Shown: positions 25,832 to 38,280 of the stretch, in pieces
Layout of the letters: each line of letters begins with the position of its first letter
Numbering within the stretch: the stretch's first letter is position 1
Assembly: GCA_013265495.1 (NCBI GenBank)
Contig: MU058289.1
Coordinates: 2,231,451 to 2,295,450, forward strand
Origin: Vicugna vicugna
Lineage: Eukaryota
DNA length: 64,000 nucleotides
Reading direction: 5' to 3'
Notes under the pieces: generated by a model
The model's database searches: none
The model's input: the letters and a program-made list of their open reading frames with translations, nothing else
Told to the model about the DNA's origin: nothing
Made by a program: the position numbers and the translations under genes

Positions 25832-27599
25832 AAAGACATAATTTTTATAACAATAACAGCATAAAGAGGAGGTGGAATGGAGCTATTTAGGAATAAAATT
25901 TCTATATTTCACTAGAACTAAATCACTATAAATCTGAAGTAGATTTTGATGTTAAGCTAAAATTAGAACATGAAAATTTTTATACAACTTTGTGAATACA
26001 CCAAAAATTATATTTTTTGAATTGTATACCATAAATCAGCGAACTTTATAGTATTAAATTATACCTCAACAAGTTTGTCATTTTAAAAAGACATGGAAGA
26101 TCTGAATAATAACATATCTGTGATCTAATAGGTAAAAATATACCAGTGCTCTATTGGCCAAAGAATATGCATTCTTTCCAAACGCCCAAAGAATATTCAC
26201 GTTCACAAAAGGAATTTACATTAGGTACTAAAAGAAATGTGAATATATTCCTGAAGACTAGAACTTCTACTGCACACAATGCAATATACTAAATGATAAA
26301 TAAAAAGGATCAACATAATAATCAAACTTATAAATCAAAATAAAAGTCTTAAAAATCTTTTGGGTATAATAAATCTTTGGATATAATAAAAAATGTCCAT
26401 TTCAGTTATGTTTAGAAAATAATTATGAGAATAGTATATATTAAATTTTTAGGATATAGCTTTAGGTATTCAAGAAAATTCACAATTTTAAAGGCTTATT
26501 TATTGGAAAGGAATAAACGGGCAATTATTCAGTTCTGGGAAGTAGAAGGGGGATTTCTTTATCTGAAATCTGGTATTTATGAAGTTGCTCAGGGAATCCA
26601 AGGTAATCATAACATAACAATATGAATAGCTATGATAAATGGACTAGTCATGGTTAAAATAAACCCTCATTCCCATATCTCCTGACTCAAGAGAGGAGTC
26701 ATTTTGCCTTTCATGTTGTCATTTTGAGGAGTCTGTCTCTTCTTGGCAATGGAGTGGGATACAAACACAACAGATCTACCACGAAGTGAACTCGAAACAA
26801 ACCAACCAACCTAGATTTCACACTATCTGTGTAAGTCATATTGATTGCTTGTATCACAAGCAAAGCCACTGACAGAGCTGGATGGGGCACAATTCAGACA
26901 GGGTAACAACTGAGGAAGGGAAATCGATGGGATATAGGATATGGACATGAAAGAGAATGAGTTAAACCGTAAAGGGAGGCTCTTGGGAAAATTGAAGTAC
27001 CTTCTCTGTCAGCAGACTGCGACAGTCTGAAGAGATATCATCACACACCATAAACAGAACCTCCCCCATTAATACCTGACTCAGTCTTTGTTCATTTCAA
27101 GAATTGTAATAATTGCAATTATAAGCCATTTTCTGAAATATAAAATAAAACTAACTTTTTGAAATGCTTGTTCAATTTTCAAGGCAAAGCCTTAATCATA
27201 TCTTTTTTTCACTGCACTATGAAATTTTGGTTCCTGTTTTAAGTGGATTCACTCCAATTCCACTCCTGCCCTTTTGGGGGGTACTATTTTTCCTAGGATA
27301 ATCAGGCCTTCCCACAAATTAACCTTCCATCAGCAATTGCTTCCTTAGTGTAAACTTTTTTGATGGCTTAAAAGGTGAAGGCAAAAAGTTGGGGGCATTT
27401 TGGAACTAGTGGAGCAACTCAGAGATGGAGTTAGCTGTTGCACTACCCCCCAACCAAAGGACTTGGTGCTGGTAGAGTCCTCCGAGTAGGAGGCACACAC
27501 TTCCAACTTCAGTTCTGCCTTGCACAGCAGGCACTGGAAGATAGAAGATCAGCCCTAGACAAATCGCAGGCCCTGTGGACAGAACTGCAATAATTCTCA

Positions 27600-29800
27600 G
27601 ACATTTGACACCAATCTCCCTTGAATCATCAATGATAACCACGTGGAAGTCCATCTTTGGCCTGTTCTGTCCAGCTTTTGTTAATACACCTTAATTCAGC
27701 TTCTCATCTCTGTCTTACCTCACACAGGTTTCTCCTCCAAAGAAACCAGCTTCTCCTGATCACAGCTGATACCTATAGGAAACAGGGCAACAGTACTTGA
27801 GCCTCTCCTTGCCTTTTAGAAACTACCTGAGTCACACATGAACATTATAATCAAGGGAGGGAAATAGCTCGGTGGTAGAGTTCATGTTTAGCATGCCCAA
27901 GGTCCTGGGTTCAATCTCCAGGCCCTCCGTTAAAAAAAGTAAATTTTTTAAAAAGTTACCATTGAGCTGGCCCCCAGTTTCAGTGTCCAGGGTTTGGACT
28001 TACAAGCAGTTTTCGCCCTGGAGTGGTGAATTCCAAACTTTTGTGTGAAAGAAAACACGCATCTGATGGGGCACGTGGCATGTCGTGGCCTGTTCCAACA
28101 CTTATTTTTGTATTTGTACTCCAGACCTACATACCACTACTCAGCTGTGACTCTGATAAGGCTTGTGGCATTTTTTTAAAACATGGCATAATATGTCTTT
28201 TTCACAGGGTAAATTGAAAAGGTTTGGTCTTAGCAATGATTTACATGTGGCCGTCCTGTTTTATCTTCTGCCTAAGTAGCTTTTCCAAGAGGAGTTTCGG
28301 GGTCAAATATTTTTTTCTCTTCTCCAATTTTTAAAGTTTATCAGTGCATGGGGGAAAAAATAAAAATTTTAGGTTAAGTGTAAGTATGAATCATAAACTG
28401 TGTGCTCATTTTTGGATGCACCCCTTAATACACTAATCAACTCCAAGTGAATGCCACTGGGCACGTGTCACTCTCTCAAATGGTGAAAGGTGATTGGCTT
28501 TCAGCTTGCTGTTGATGATAAACTAAAAGAAACCCACCACCCAGCCTCACTAGGTTTGCTCACTCATGGATTTCTGAGCCACACCATCCCTGGGATCTTT
28601 GCCCCATTGCTTTTCCCAGCTGTGGGATTTTCTAATTTATGGTCCAAAGCTTCTAAGGCAATTGGTTAACCCGACCCATGTATTTTTGCTTCAAGGAAAG
28701 ACCTCAGGATTTTAAATGTTTTACCTCAGACATTGAATATTTAATGCGTGACTAAATTTATGAGTCACTAGTAAACAAACAAAACTTGAATCCCCTCAGG
28801 GAGGGGGCACCTTCCCTTCTTGTAATTCACCCCGTACATATATCTGTCATGGCCAAAAGGGTGTGTGCAATTATTTCAGTGGGGGAGAATCTCAAATAAT
28901 CAGCTACAACCACAATGTTTTGACGGTGTGAGCGTTGTGGGCACAGCCAGATAATTAATTAGATTTGAACTGTCTGTGTGCCAGTGTCAGTCTTTGAAAT
29001 TAACTGAAGCCATTCCAAAAAGAAAAAAAAAAAGAAAAAAGGATTACTTACGTCCTTTAGAACATAAATCAAAAAACTTAAAAATGTTTCAGTAATTCTT
29101 AAACTGTCAGTAATTGCCCTAGTTTTCTATGCTTAAAGGGATTTATTAAGTTATTTTCCCATGACAACTTTTAAACGAAAAACTCCGAGTTTAAAAAAAT
29201 AAAGGAACTGGAATAATTGGCTTTGATGAATTCAAGTTCCAGTTCTGCACTGTAACTCTGAGTGCAGAGTTTAAAGGGGCGGATGTGCTCTGAAAACATA
29301 CTCTGTGAATCAGCCCGTCGCACTGTGGAAAGTAATGACAGTGTTGAGCTGTACAACATGCACCCAGTAAGTGGGTCATCCCAGGCTTAATTCTTTCCTA
29401 GTTTCAGGACCAGACACGGTGATGCGGTTTTGCAGATAAGATCTTGTGCTCTGGGCCAAAATACAAGGAAGGTTCTCCCTGCATCATCCCACAGAGCAAA
29501 ACCAGCAGGGCACTCAGCGCCCTGGTATCATCCTCCTTCACCCCTCATCCAGAGCCCCCTCTATCTACCTGGAGGGGCTGACGTCTCCCATGACTCCTAG
29601 TGGCTTCTTGTGTGATTACGAAGCTTCAGATAACTTTAGAGGAATGAAGAAAACACTGAAATTTCTCAACTTTTTTGAGTAAGCAGCAGACATTCTTCAG
29701 CCTGTGGAGAAAGCATCAGAGCAGGTAAACAACAATTTCCTAAAAGCAGATTTCACTTTCTGATTCCCTGATGATTGTCTCTAAAACGTCTTTTTTTTTT
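27600..29800. promoter_or_regulatory. Putative distal enhancer region (repeat-poor, motif-rich)
   Basis: Largely repeat-free; CACGTG at 27640, 28072, 28462; AP-1 TGAGTCA ~28761 next to forkhead GTAAACAA ~28771; GTAAACAA ~29725. Confidence 0.4.
27855..27954 (+). mobile_element. tRNA-Ala-derived SINE (Vic-1-like), short form
   Basis: gggagggaaatagctcggtggtagag...ttagcatgcccaaggtcctgggttcaatc + A tail. Confidence 0.85.
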
Positions 29801-29829
29801 TTTTTATGAACTACATCTATCAGTGTTAA

Positions 29830-30570
29830 ATTCAGGGGGTGGGGCGGAGGGTAAAGAAAAAAAGATACATTTTTCCAGTAAAGATTGGACAATAAATTTA
29901 GGACTGTATCAACTACAGTGAGGTTTATGGAACGCTCTCAGGGACTCCCAGAACTGATGGGAGATGAACCTGCTCTCTGGGACCTGAGTCATTTCCTCAT
30001 CCCAGGAGCAGCCCAATCAGGATGTGGCTGCTTCGGTCCGGCCTCCGCTCACCTGGGTCCTGGCAGCGGGCAGGTAGTCTGCCATCTTTGTGTCGTTCAC
30101 TCGAGATCCAAGGTCCCTGCAGTGGGACTGTAATCGGCCGAGTGTGGGTCCCAGGCCTCCCGACTTCCCCTCATCATCCAAGAGAGGAAGGAGGCGCCTC
30201 TTCAGCTTCCACGGAGGTCGGGTACCAGTGCGAGGCAGCGCCCTCCGGTTAGCCCTGTACGGAGACTGCGCAGTTGGGGGGGGAAAGGTCACTTCTCGCG
30301 AGAATTGCAGCGTGCTGCTCGGACAGACAGCTGGGCGGCAGAACCTAGGTAGCTGGTGGCACCTGTCCCACTTGGAGGGTGAAGGGCCAGCCTGTGCATG
30401 GAGCCGGGCCCGTAAGGGCTTCTCCCTCTTCAGCGCTCCCATAGCATCTATGCGGATCTCACTCACATGCCATGTCGCATCCTCTGCCCCAGGTTCAGGA
30501 GCACCTCCCAGCGAGATGGCAAGCTTCTTAACAGGGATCTCCAAGGAAGCCAGCGCAGTGCTGTGAACAT
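29830..30570 (-). promoter_or_regulatory. Orphan CpG-rich element, putative distal promoter with candidate first exon
   Basis: Locally raised CpG; TCTCGCGAGA 30294-30303; GC box ~29840; CCAAT ~30013; AAGATGGCAG on minus at ~30079-30088; donor CAG|GTGAGC at 30053/30052. Confidence 0.5.
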
Positions 30571-30689
30571 GACAGTTACTCGAAGCATATGTGTTGACTA
30601 AGAATATGAAACCAGTGACATATGTGAGCATCACATGAAGTCACATCGCACTGTTTTCTGGGGAACTAGCATGGTGTCTGGGGATGAAC

Positions 30690-30890
30690 CCAGGGGCTGA
30701 GCAAACCCATATTCTCATATGAGATCCGTGTGCCCTTGAGCCAGTTATTTCTCCTTTCTGGGCCTCAGTTTCTCATCCCTGGATGTGGATGATAATTCTG
30801 ATCTTGAAGGGGTGTTGAGGAATCTAGAGGTAATGTAGGCAAAGCATCTGGTATGTACCAGGCATTCAACGTGCAAGTTTTAACAATTAT
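30690..30890 (+). mobile_element. MIR SINE
   Basis: gtgcccttgagccagttatttctcc...gggcctcagtttctcatc...gttgaggaatctag. Confidence 0.75.
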
Positions 30891-31259
30891 AATTGGACAT
30901 GGACTTTTTATGGGCTGTTCCTCAGACACTTCATGCCTTGATTGAAGACAAATGTGTTGTGTCTTTAAGTTCTTCCTTAGAGAATCTTCCATTAACCCCA
31001 AATTTGCTTTACATCATAGAGTATGTATGTATGATATACATACTTTTTTAATTTCCAGAATTTTTATACCTTGATATTAGAAGATTAACATTCATTAATC
31101 ATTTGTTTTGAAAGGTATTATGACACAAGATAATGTAACCCAATCCAGTGTCTGGAAAATATGTTACAGTATCCTTTTGGATAACAGCAGAGAAATTTTA
31201 ATCAAAGCTTTTGGTTTGATTTGTGGCAAGAAGATGAAGACTCTTTGTTGGCACTTGGT

Positions 31260-31560
31260 TAGTTAAGGTGCTGAATTTTCAAATTGTCCATAGGTACTAA
31301 GTGCTCACTGTGTACAAGGAAGGGTCCTAGGCACGCCAGAGGGAGATCACTGCCTTCCTGGGGTCTCCTAGCAGGGGAAGACAGACCACCAACAATAGAC
31401 AGAAACCAGAGATAAACTGAACGCTATATTAAAAGGTGGTAAATATTGTCGGGAAAAAAAGTGGAAAAATATAAGGAGAACTGGACATGGGATTGAGTAC
31501 ATTTAAACAGGGTGGGCATCGGTGAGATGTTCCACGTGGGAGCAGACTTATAGGGTTTCA
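31260..31560 (-). mobile_element. L2 3' fragment
   Basis: tactaagtgctcactgtgtacaagg...ctgccttcctggggtctcctagcagggg. Confidence 0.55.
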
Positions 31561-33531
31561 GTCAAGAGAATTAAAACCCCCAGTGTGCCATGAGAAGAAA
31601 ATTATCTAGAATGGTTTTCTCCACGTGTCATGTTACTCTGAAAACTGCCAGGTTCTTTTTTTTTTTTCTCTCTCTTAGGACATGCTGTTGTAGATATTGT
31701 CACAATTATTCTTTTGGGAAATGTCTCCTCCCCTCCTCCCTGCCCTTCTTTTCAAGGATTATATATAGGGTTTGTGCTCAGAGAGGCAGCCAGACATATG
31801 CTAGGGGAAAAAGTAAGTTCCTTTCTCTTAACAAGAAATTTGTTCCTGAAGGGAAATTTTTTTTAATTTGAAATTTGAGTGAAACCCACTCAAATTACAT
31901 ACTTAGTGAATTATTTTTTTAAAAGAGGGCCTATGGATCCAAAACAAGTCCAAACAAGAGCAAGTGGGACACATCGGGGAATAGAGTGTGTTCTCTTGTG
32001 CATGGGTTTAGTAACCACCACACCTATTTCCAAAATTTCCCTTGAAACCTGCCAGAATTTTGCTCTCCTGAGCCTGAAAGAGCAAAAGAGTTCTGGCATT
32101 GGACCAATGAGGCACTAGGGTAGGAGGAAATCCCCACCTGCAGTTACTGGGATATTCGAAAAACCAAGATTGTCATGAAAAAAAAGAAAAAGTTCTGTTT
32201 TTGATACAGAATTCTCCCAGAATCACATGAGGTACACAGATGCCAAATCTTCAGAATTCCAAGGGTAACTCTCTATTTAGCTCAATTTTTTTTTTCCTGT
32301 TACATCAAAACTAGAGAAATACAAAGCTGCAGTTCTGAGTGCTCAGCTCTGCCCCTCGGGACATGGAAGAGGAGGGGAAACTTGCTTTTGATTACCGGTC
32401 TCCATGGTATCCAGGAAGAGAGAGGGAAGACAGGGGTTTGGGAATGGTAACTGAGAACTCAGCTAGCCTGGGGACACCTAATGCCCAAATTCAGCTAAAT
32501 AATCAGTTGGGAATAAAGAAACTAAGTCCTTAAGGGAGATCTGTGCTGAAAATTCATTTCTGATCCTTCTGGGATCAAGACAGTGTTTGAGTAAAATGGC
32601 TGGACTCCATTCTTGTTCTGTTTAAGCAAGTTGTTTTCTCTCCCGAATCCCTTCTCAATTCCGTAATGAAAAGAAGCCCCTTATTTAAGCTCCTCTTTCT
32701 AAGAATAGTCCACGTAATGTTCTTTTGACCATGGGAAGCGTAGTCTTTGGGGGGAAATTTCCCAAACTGTTGCTGAGGAGCTGAATTACAAATGCTGTCA
32801 GCACTCGGAGAGAATGATGCCGATTTGTTATTTGTGGCCTCCTACCTGGCATGGACAGACGACACAGACACTGATTGCACTGTCTTGGCCAAGGTGGCTT
32901 TTGAAAAATCAGTTGCAGACTAGTATCAGGCTGGCTTGAGGTGCTTTACTTTCCTTAATGTACTGAGACACTGAGGAAAATTGCACAAGGTGAGGTTCCA
33001 GATCAAGGAACAGAAGCCCCCTTGTTCCCACTCCCCAGTCGCTATCCTGCTTCGTCTTCTGACACCACAGAGTAGTTTTGCCTATCTTCCAACTTAATGC
33101 TAAGGCAATTCTATAGATGGTACAGAATGTAAATTTTCATGTCCGGCCTCTTCCACCCAACAGTATGTTCATGACATTCACCAATGTTGGGAGTGGCAAT
33201 AGGTAATTCATTTTTATTATTCTATAGAATTCTGTTGTATGAATATACCAAAATTTAGCTATCCACTTATCCACTGTGGATATTTGGTTTGTTTCCAGTG
33301 GGAGCAATTATGAGCACCTTTATAAACATTCTTTTTTTTTTCTGTGAACATCCTTGTACATGTCTTTTGATGCGCACTTGTCTGCATTTCTGTTGTATAT
33401 CCGCTTAGAAATGAGTCATCCCTGGGTCACAGGATGTGTGTCTGCTCAACTTTAGTCCATATTGCTCAACCATTTTCCAAAGCAGTTATATCAATTTACA
33501 TTCCCAGTATATGCAAGACCCAGTTGCTCCA

Positions 33532-33921
33532 GGTTATGGTCTGAATTGTATCCTCCTAAAATTCGTATGTTTAAGTCCTAACTCCCCAGTACCTCAGAAT
33601 GTGACTGTATTGGGAGATAGGGGCTTTGAAGTGGTAATTAAGTAAGGTCATCATGGTGGCCTCTAATCCAATATGACCAGTGTCTGTATAAGAAGAGGAA
33701 ATTAGGACACAAATACACACAGATGAAGGACCGACCATGTGAAGACACAAGGGGGAGATGGCTACCTACAAGCCAAGGAGAGAGGCCTTCAGAAGAAACC
33801 AAACCCGCTGACACCTAGATCTTGGACTTCTAGCCTCTGGAACTGCGAGGAAATGAATTTCTGTTGTTTAAGCCACCCAGTCTCTGCTACTTTGTTATGG
33901 CAGCCTGAGCAAATTAATCCA
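33532..33921 (+). mobile_element. MaLR MLT1 solo LTR with 5-bp TSD
   Basis: gttatggtctgaattgtatcc...cagaatgtgactgtatt...ttgttatggcagcc...taatcca; TSD ctcca at 33527-33531 and 33922-33926. Confidence 0.9.
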
Positions 33922-35281
33922 CTCCATTCCACATCTTCACCAACACTTGGTATTGTCAGTCATTTTTATTTTGGCCATTCTGGTTGGGGGGGGTGCAGTG
34001 ATATTCATTATTCTACTAATTTGCATTTCCCTGATACCTAATGAAAAAGAGCAAATTTTTCTATGTTTATTGACCATTTAGCGATCCTCTTGGGTCAACT
34101 GCCAATTCAAATCTTCTTCTATTAAAATATCTTTTTTGATTTGTAAGAGTTCTTATTACATTCTGTATATAGGTCCTTTGTCAGACATGTCTGCAAATAT
34201 CTTCTCCCATTCTGTGGTTTGTCTTATTATTCTTTTACTGATGTCTTTTGATGAGCAGAAGTGCCTGATTTTAATATAATCCAATTTATCAATCTTTTTC
34301 TTTATGTTTTGTGTTCTGTTTTTAAAAGGCCTGCCTCCCTCATGGTAATGTAGCTCCTCTCCCATATTTTCTTCCATGGTTGTTCTAACTTTCACATTTA
34401 GATCACTGATATGGCAGGAATTCATTTTTATGTATGATGTGAGGTAGTGGTCAATGTTCATTTTTTTCCGCCTGAAGATACCCAATTAATCTAGCACCAT
34501 TGATGGAAAAAGCCATTCTTTCCATATTGCCCTGCATTTGTCATTTTTATCCTAAATTAAGTATCTGTATGTGTGTGGATTTATTTTCAGACTCTCTGTT
34601 CTGTTCATTGGTCTGTCTTCTTTGTGCTAATATCACACTATCATGTTACTGCAACATTATTTTAAGTCTTAACATCTGGCAGTGTAAATCTTCCAAATTC
34701 ATTCATTCTTCAAGGCTAACTCTGTTATTTTTAGCACTTTGTATTATGTAAATTTAGAATCAGCTTGCCAATTTCCTTAACACCTACTGGGATTTTTATT
34801 TGGATTGCGTTGAATTTGGAGAGAACTGACATTTACAAAATTGAGTTTTACAGTTCATGAATATGGCGTATCCCTCTATTTATTTGGAACTTTTTATCTC
34901 AGTAATGATTTTTTACTGTCACTGCAGAAGTCTTCTATACTTTTCATTGGATTTATACCTAGTTATTGGCTACTTTATACTATTATAAATGTTACTTGTG
35001 CTTTACAATTTCATTATCAAATTGTCTATTGCTGAATTTAGAAATATAATTAACTTTTGTTTGTTGACTTTGCATCCCACAACCCTGTCAGATTTACTTA
35101 TTGATTTTAACTGTTCGTGATTCTTTGGGTTTCCTATGTATACAATCATGTTGTTTGTAAAATAATAGCAGTTTTATTTCTTCCTTTTCAATCCTTACAC
35201 CTTTTGTTTTCTTTTCTTGCATTATTGTATTGCCTAGTTCCTCTACTACAATGTTGAATATAAATCGTGATAGCCAATATA

Positions 35282-35778
35282 CAGATGCTCCCTGACTTAC
35301 CATGGCTTCACTTAAGATTTTTCTACCTTATGAAGGTGTAAAAGCGATACACATTCAGTAGAAACCATGTTTTGAATTTTGATCTTTTCCCGGGCTAACG
35401 GTACACTGGATTGATATTCACTCCTGACACCAGGCATCCTTAGTGAGCTGCAATTCCCAGTCAGCCATTTGGTCACAAGGGTAAACACCCTGTAGACTTA
35501 CAACCCTTCTGTACCACACAGTCATCTGTCTTCCACTTTCAGTACAGTTTTCAAAAAGTTATATGAGATACTCAACACTTTATTGTAAAACAGGCTTTGT
35601 GTTAGATGGTTTTGCCCAACTGTAGGCTAATGTGTTTTCTGAGCACATCTTAGGTAGACTTGGCTAAGATATAATGTTTGGCAGGTTAGGTATATTAAGT
35701 GCATTTTCAACATACGATATTTTCAACTTCCAATGGGTTTACTGGGGTGTAACCCTCTCCTAAGTTAAGGAGGTTCTG
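35282..35778 (-). mobile_element. TcMar-Tigger non-autonomous element (Tigger5/MER47-like)
   Basis: TIRs cagatgctccctgactta ... taagttaaggaggttctg, flanked by TA on both sides. Confidence 0.85.
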
Positions 35779-36993
35779 TATTTTTCTCACTACCAATTTC
35801 TGATAGAGGTTTTAGTATTTTGCCTTTCTGTACGTATTTTTCAATACCCTGCAAGAGGAAGTTTCCATGTTTTCTTAGTTTGCTAAGAATTTTTACAATG
35901 AGCGTATTGAATCTTATTATATGATTCTTCTGCATCTATTGATATGTTCCCATGATTTTCTCCTTTACTTTGTGATTCTGTGAGATTACATCAATTGATG
36001 AAACCAAACTTTTATTTCTTGGTCTTTATATATTATCCTTCTTCTATATTGCTGTGTTTAGTTTAATAATATTTTGTTTAGGATTTTTACATTTAATTTC
36101 ATGGGAGAGATTGGCTTATACTTTTCTTATAGTATCCTTGGCAGTTTTAGGATCAAGTTTATTTTGTCTTCACAAAACAAGTTGGGAAGTGCTCCCTCTT
36201 TAAGCTGTTCCAGAAAAAGACATATGTATTCTCCTTGAATGTTTGGTAGAATTCACTAGAGAAGCCATCTGGACTTGAAGTTTTCTTTGTGGGATGGTTT
36301 TTAATCATGGATTCCATTTATTAAATAGATGTAAGATTATTCAGATTTTTCTATTTCCTCTTTCGTCACTTTTGGTAGGGTGTGGGTTTTTCCCAAATTT
36401 CCAAGTTCATTGGCATAAAAAATGTATTGTTTATACTCTTATCTTTTTAATGTCTGAAGATCGGCGGTGATATCCTCTTTGTCAGGCTCAAACTGGTAAT
36501 TTGTGATTTTTCTCTTTTCTTCATCCGTCTTACTAAGGTTTTATAGATTTCAGTATTCTTTCCAAAGAACTCATTTTTGTCTTTGTTTCTTTAATATACA
36601 CTTGTTTTTAATTTTGCTGGTTTCTATTCTAATCTTTATTATTTCCTTCCTTCCGCTTTCTTTGGGTTTACATACTTGCTGGTCTTTCCCCATACTTACA
36701 TCATTGATATTCAGCCTTCTTTTCTAACATAAACATTTAAGGTGCTAAAAAGCATAGTTTTATCTGCATCCAGTAATTTCATTGTCACATTTTTATTATC
36801 ATTCAGTTCAAAGTATCTTCTAATTTTTATTGCAATTTCTTCTTTACTCATTAGTTATTTTTAAAAGGTGTTTCTTAATTTCCAGCATTTGGGGATTTTG
36901 TTTGTTTGTTTTTTAATTATTGATTTCTAGCTTAATTCCATTATATTAAAAAAAAACATTCTGTACGATTTCAGTACTTTAAAATTTGTCCAG

Positions 36994-37546
36994 TCGCTCC
37001 TCCCCCCAAGCCCAGCAAACGTTCCTGCCTTTGTCCTTTGAACCAGGAGTGGTTTTGACTTTAGAGCAGGAGATTTGGAATTAAACCTGGCTTCTGATCG
37101 CCTAAGTATCCATGACCTTAGGCTCTTTACGCTACCTCTCTGAGCCTCGTTTGTCTTCTGTATAAGAGGGAGATAGTAATTCCAAACTTCCAGAGTTGTT
37201 TTGAGCATAAGAGATGAATAGGTATGTAAAGCACTTAGTACAATAAATAATACCAACATTATTTTTAGAATAGGACAGTTTGCTGCAATGGAAGCAATGT
37301 GGAATGTGGAGAAGGCCAGGACTTTGGAGCTAGATTAGGCTTGACACTGGCTAAATTACTTGACCAATTTAATCTATTTTCTAACTTGTAAAATTAGAAT
37401 AATTTATGCCATGTTAATGGACTACCAGAATAACTAGAAGTGTATGTGGAAGGGCTTGGAACAGTAACTGGGATATGATTGGCGCTCCATAAATATTGGT
37501 TCCTTTCTCACTAACCCAGTTTACCTAGAACCACGCACACACATAC
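36994..37546 (+). other. TSD-flanked inserted segment containing two MIR fragments (putative retroposed RNA or orphan transduction)
   Basis: 13-bp TSD aaaatttgtccag (36981-36993) / aaaaattgtccag (37547-37559); host L1 is continuous when the segment is removed; MIRs at ~37060-37260 and ~37290-37500. Confidence 0.65.
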
Positions 37547-38280
37547 AAAAATTGTCCAGACTTGCTTTATGGCCCAAGATATGGCCAATTTTGGTGAACG
37601 TTACAGTATTTTTGAAAAGAATGTGTACTCTGCAGATGTTAGGAGTAGTATTTTGTATATATTAATTAGGTTCAGTTTGTTAATCCTGTTGTTTACATCT
37701 TATATATCTTTACTGGTTCTGTGTGTCCTGTCAGTTACTGAGAGAGATGTGCTAACATTTTCCACAATGAATGTGGACTTGTCTGTTTCACCTTTTTGTT
37801 CTGTTCATTTGTTTTATATGTAGTGAGGCTGTGTTATTAGATGCATATAAATTTAAATCATCCTATCTTCTGGATGATTGACTCTTTCCTCATTATCCTT
37901 GTTTATCCCTAGTAATGCATCCTGTCTTAACATACATTTTGTCTGACATTAATATAACTGCACCCACTTTCTTCAGGTTGATGTTTGCCTTGTCTATAAA
38001 TCCCATCTTTTTATTTTCAGTTTTTCCGTATCCCATATTGAAAGTGTCTCATAAACAGTGTTTACTTGTATTGTGCTTTATTTTTCTATCTGATAATCTT
38101 TGTCTTTTAATTGGAAAATTTAATCCTTTACATTTAGGCAATTAATAATACATGAAGATTAAGCTTTCTTTATATATATCTATGTATATGTCCTGGGACC
38201 CTAATTATGTGATGTTAAACATTTTTAACATATCTTTCACATTGTTCTCTGTATCTTCCATTTTTTTCTCTCTCTCCATA

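Larger units (their letters stand above)
17030..26600 (+). mobile_element. Old L1 (L1M-type ORF1 / inter-ORF / ORF2 start), host of the full-length L1 and an ERV LTR
   Basis: ORF1-like coiled-coil remnant 17085-17285; sequence resumes aatggctgaaactttacaaatctgatgaaaa after 24600. Confidence 0.7.
32990..38270 (-). mobile_element. Long ancient L1 (L1M/L1ME-type) carrying nested insertions
   Basis: T-rich minus-strand L1; ORF 34156-34485 (KIDKLDYIKIRHFCSSKD...TTEWEKIFA) and 35094-35303 (FNIVVEELGNTI) are ORF2 remnants. Confidence 0.8.

Noticed and set aside
30017..30634. 205-aa (minus) and 158-aa (plus) ORFs as intact genes
   Set aside because: No recognisable homology; GC-rich context favours chance ORFs; only the short ATG-to-donor segment is kept as a hypothesis
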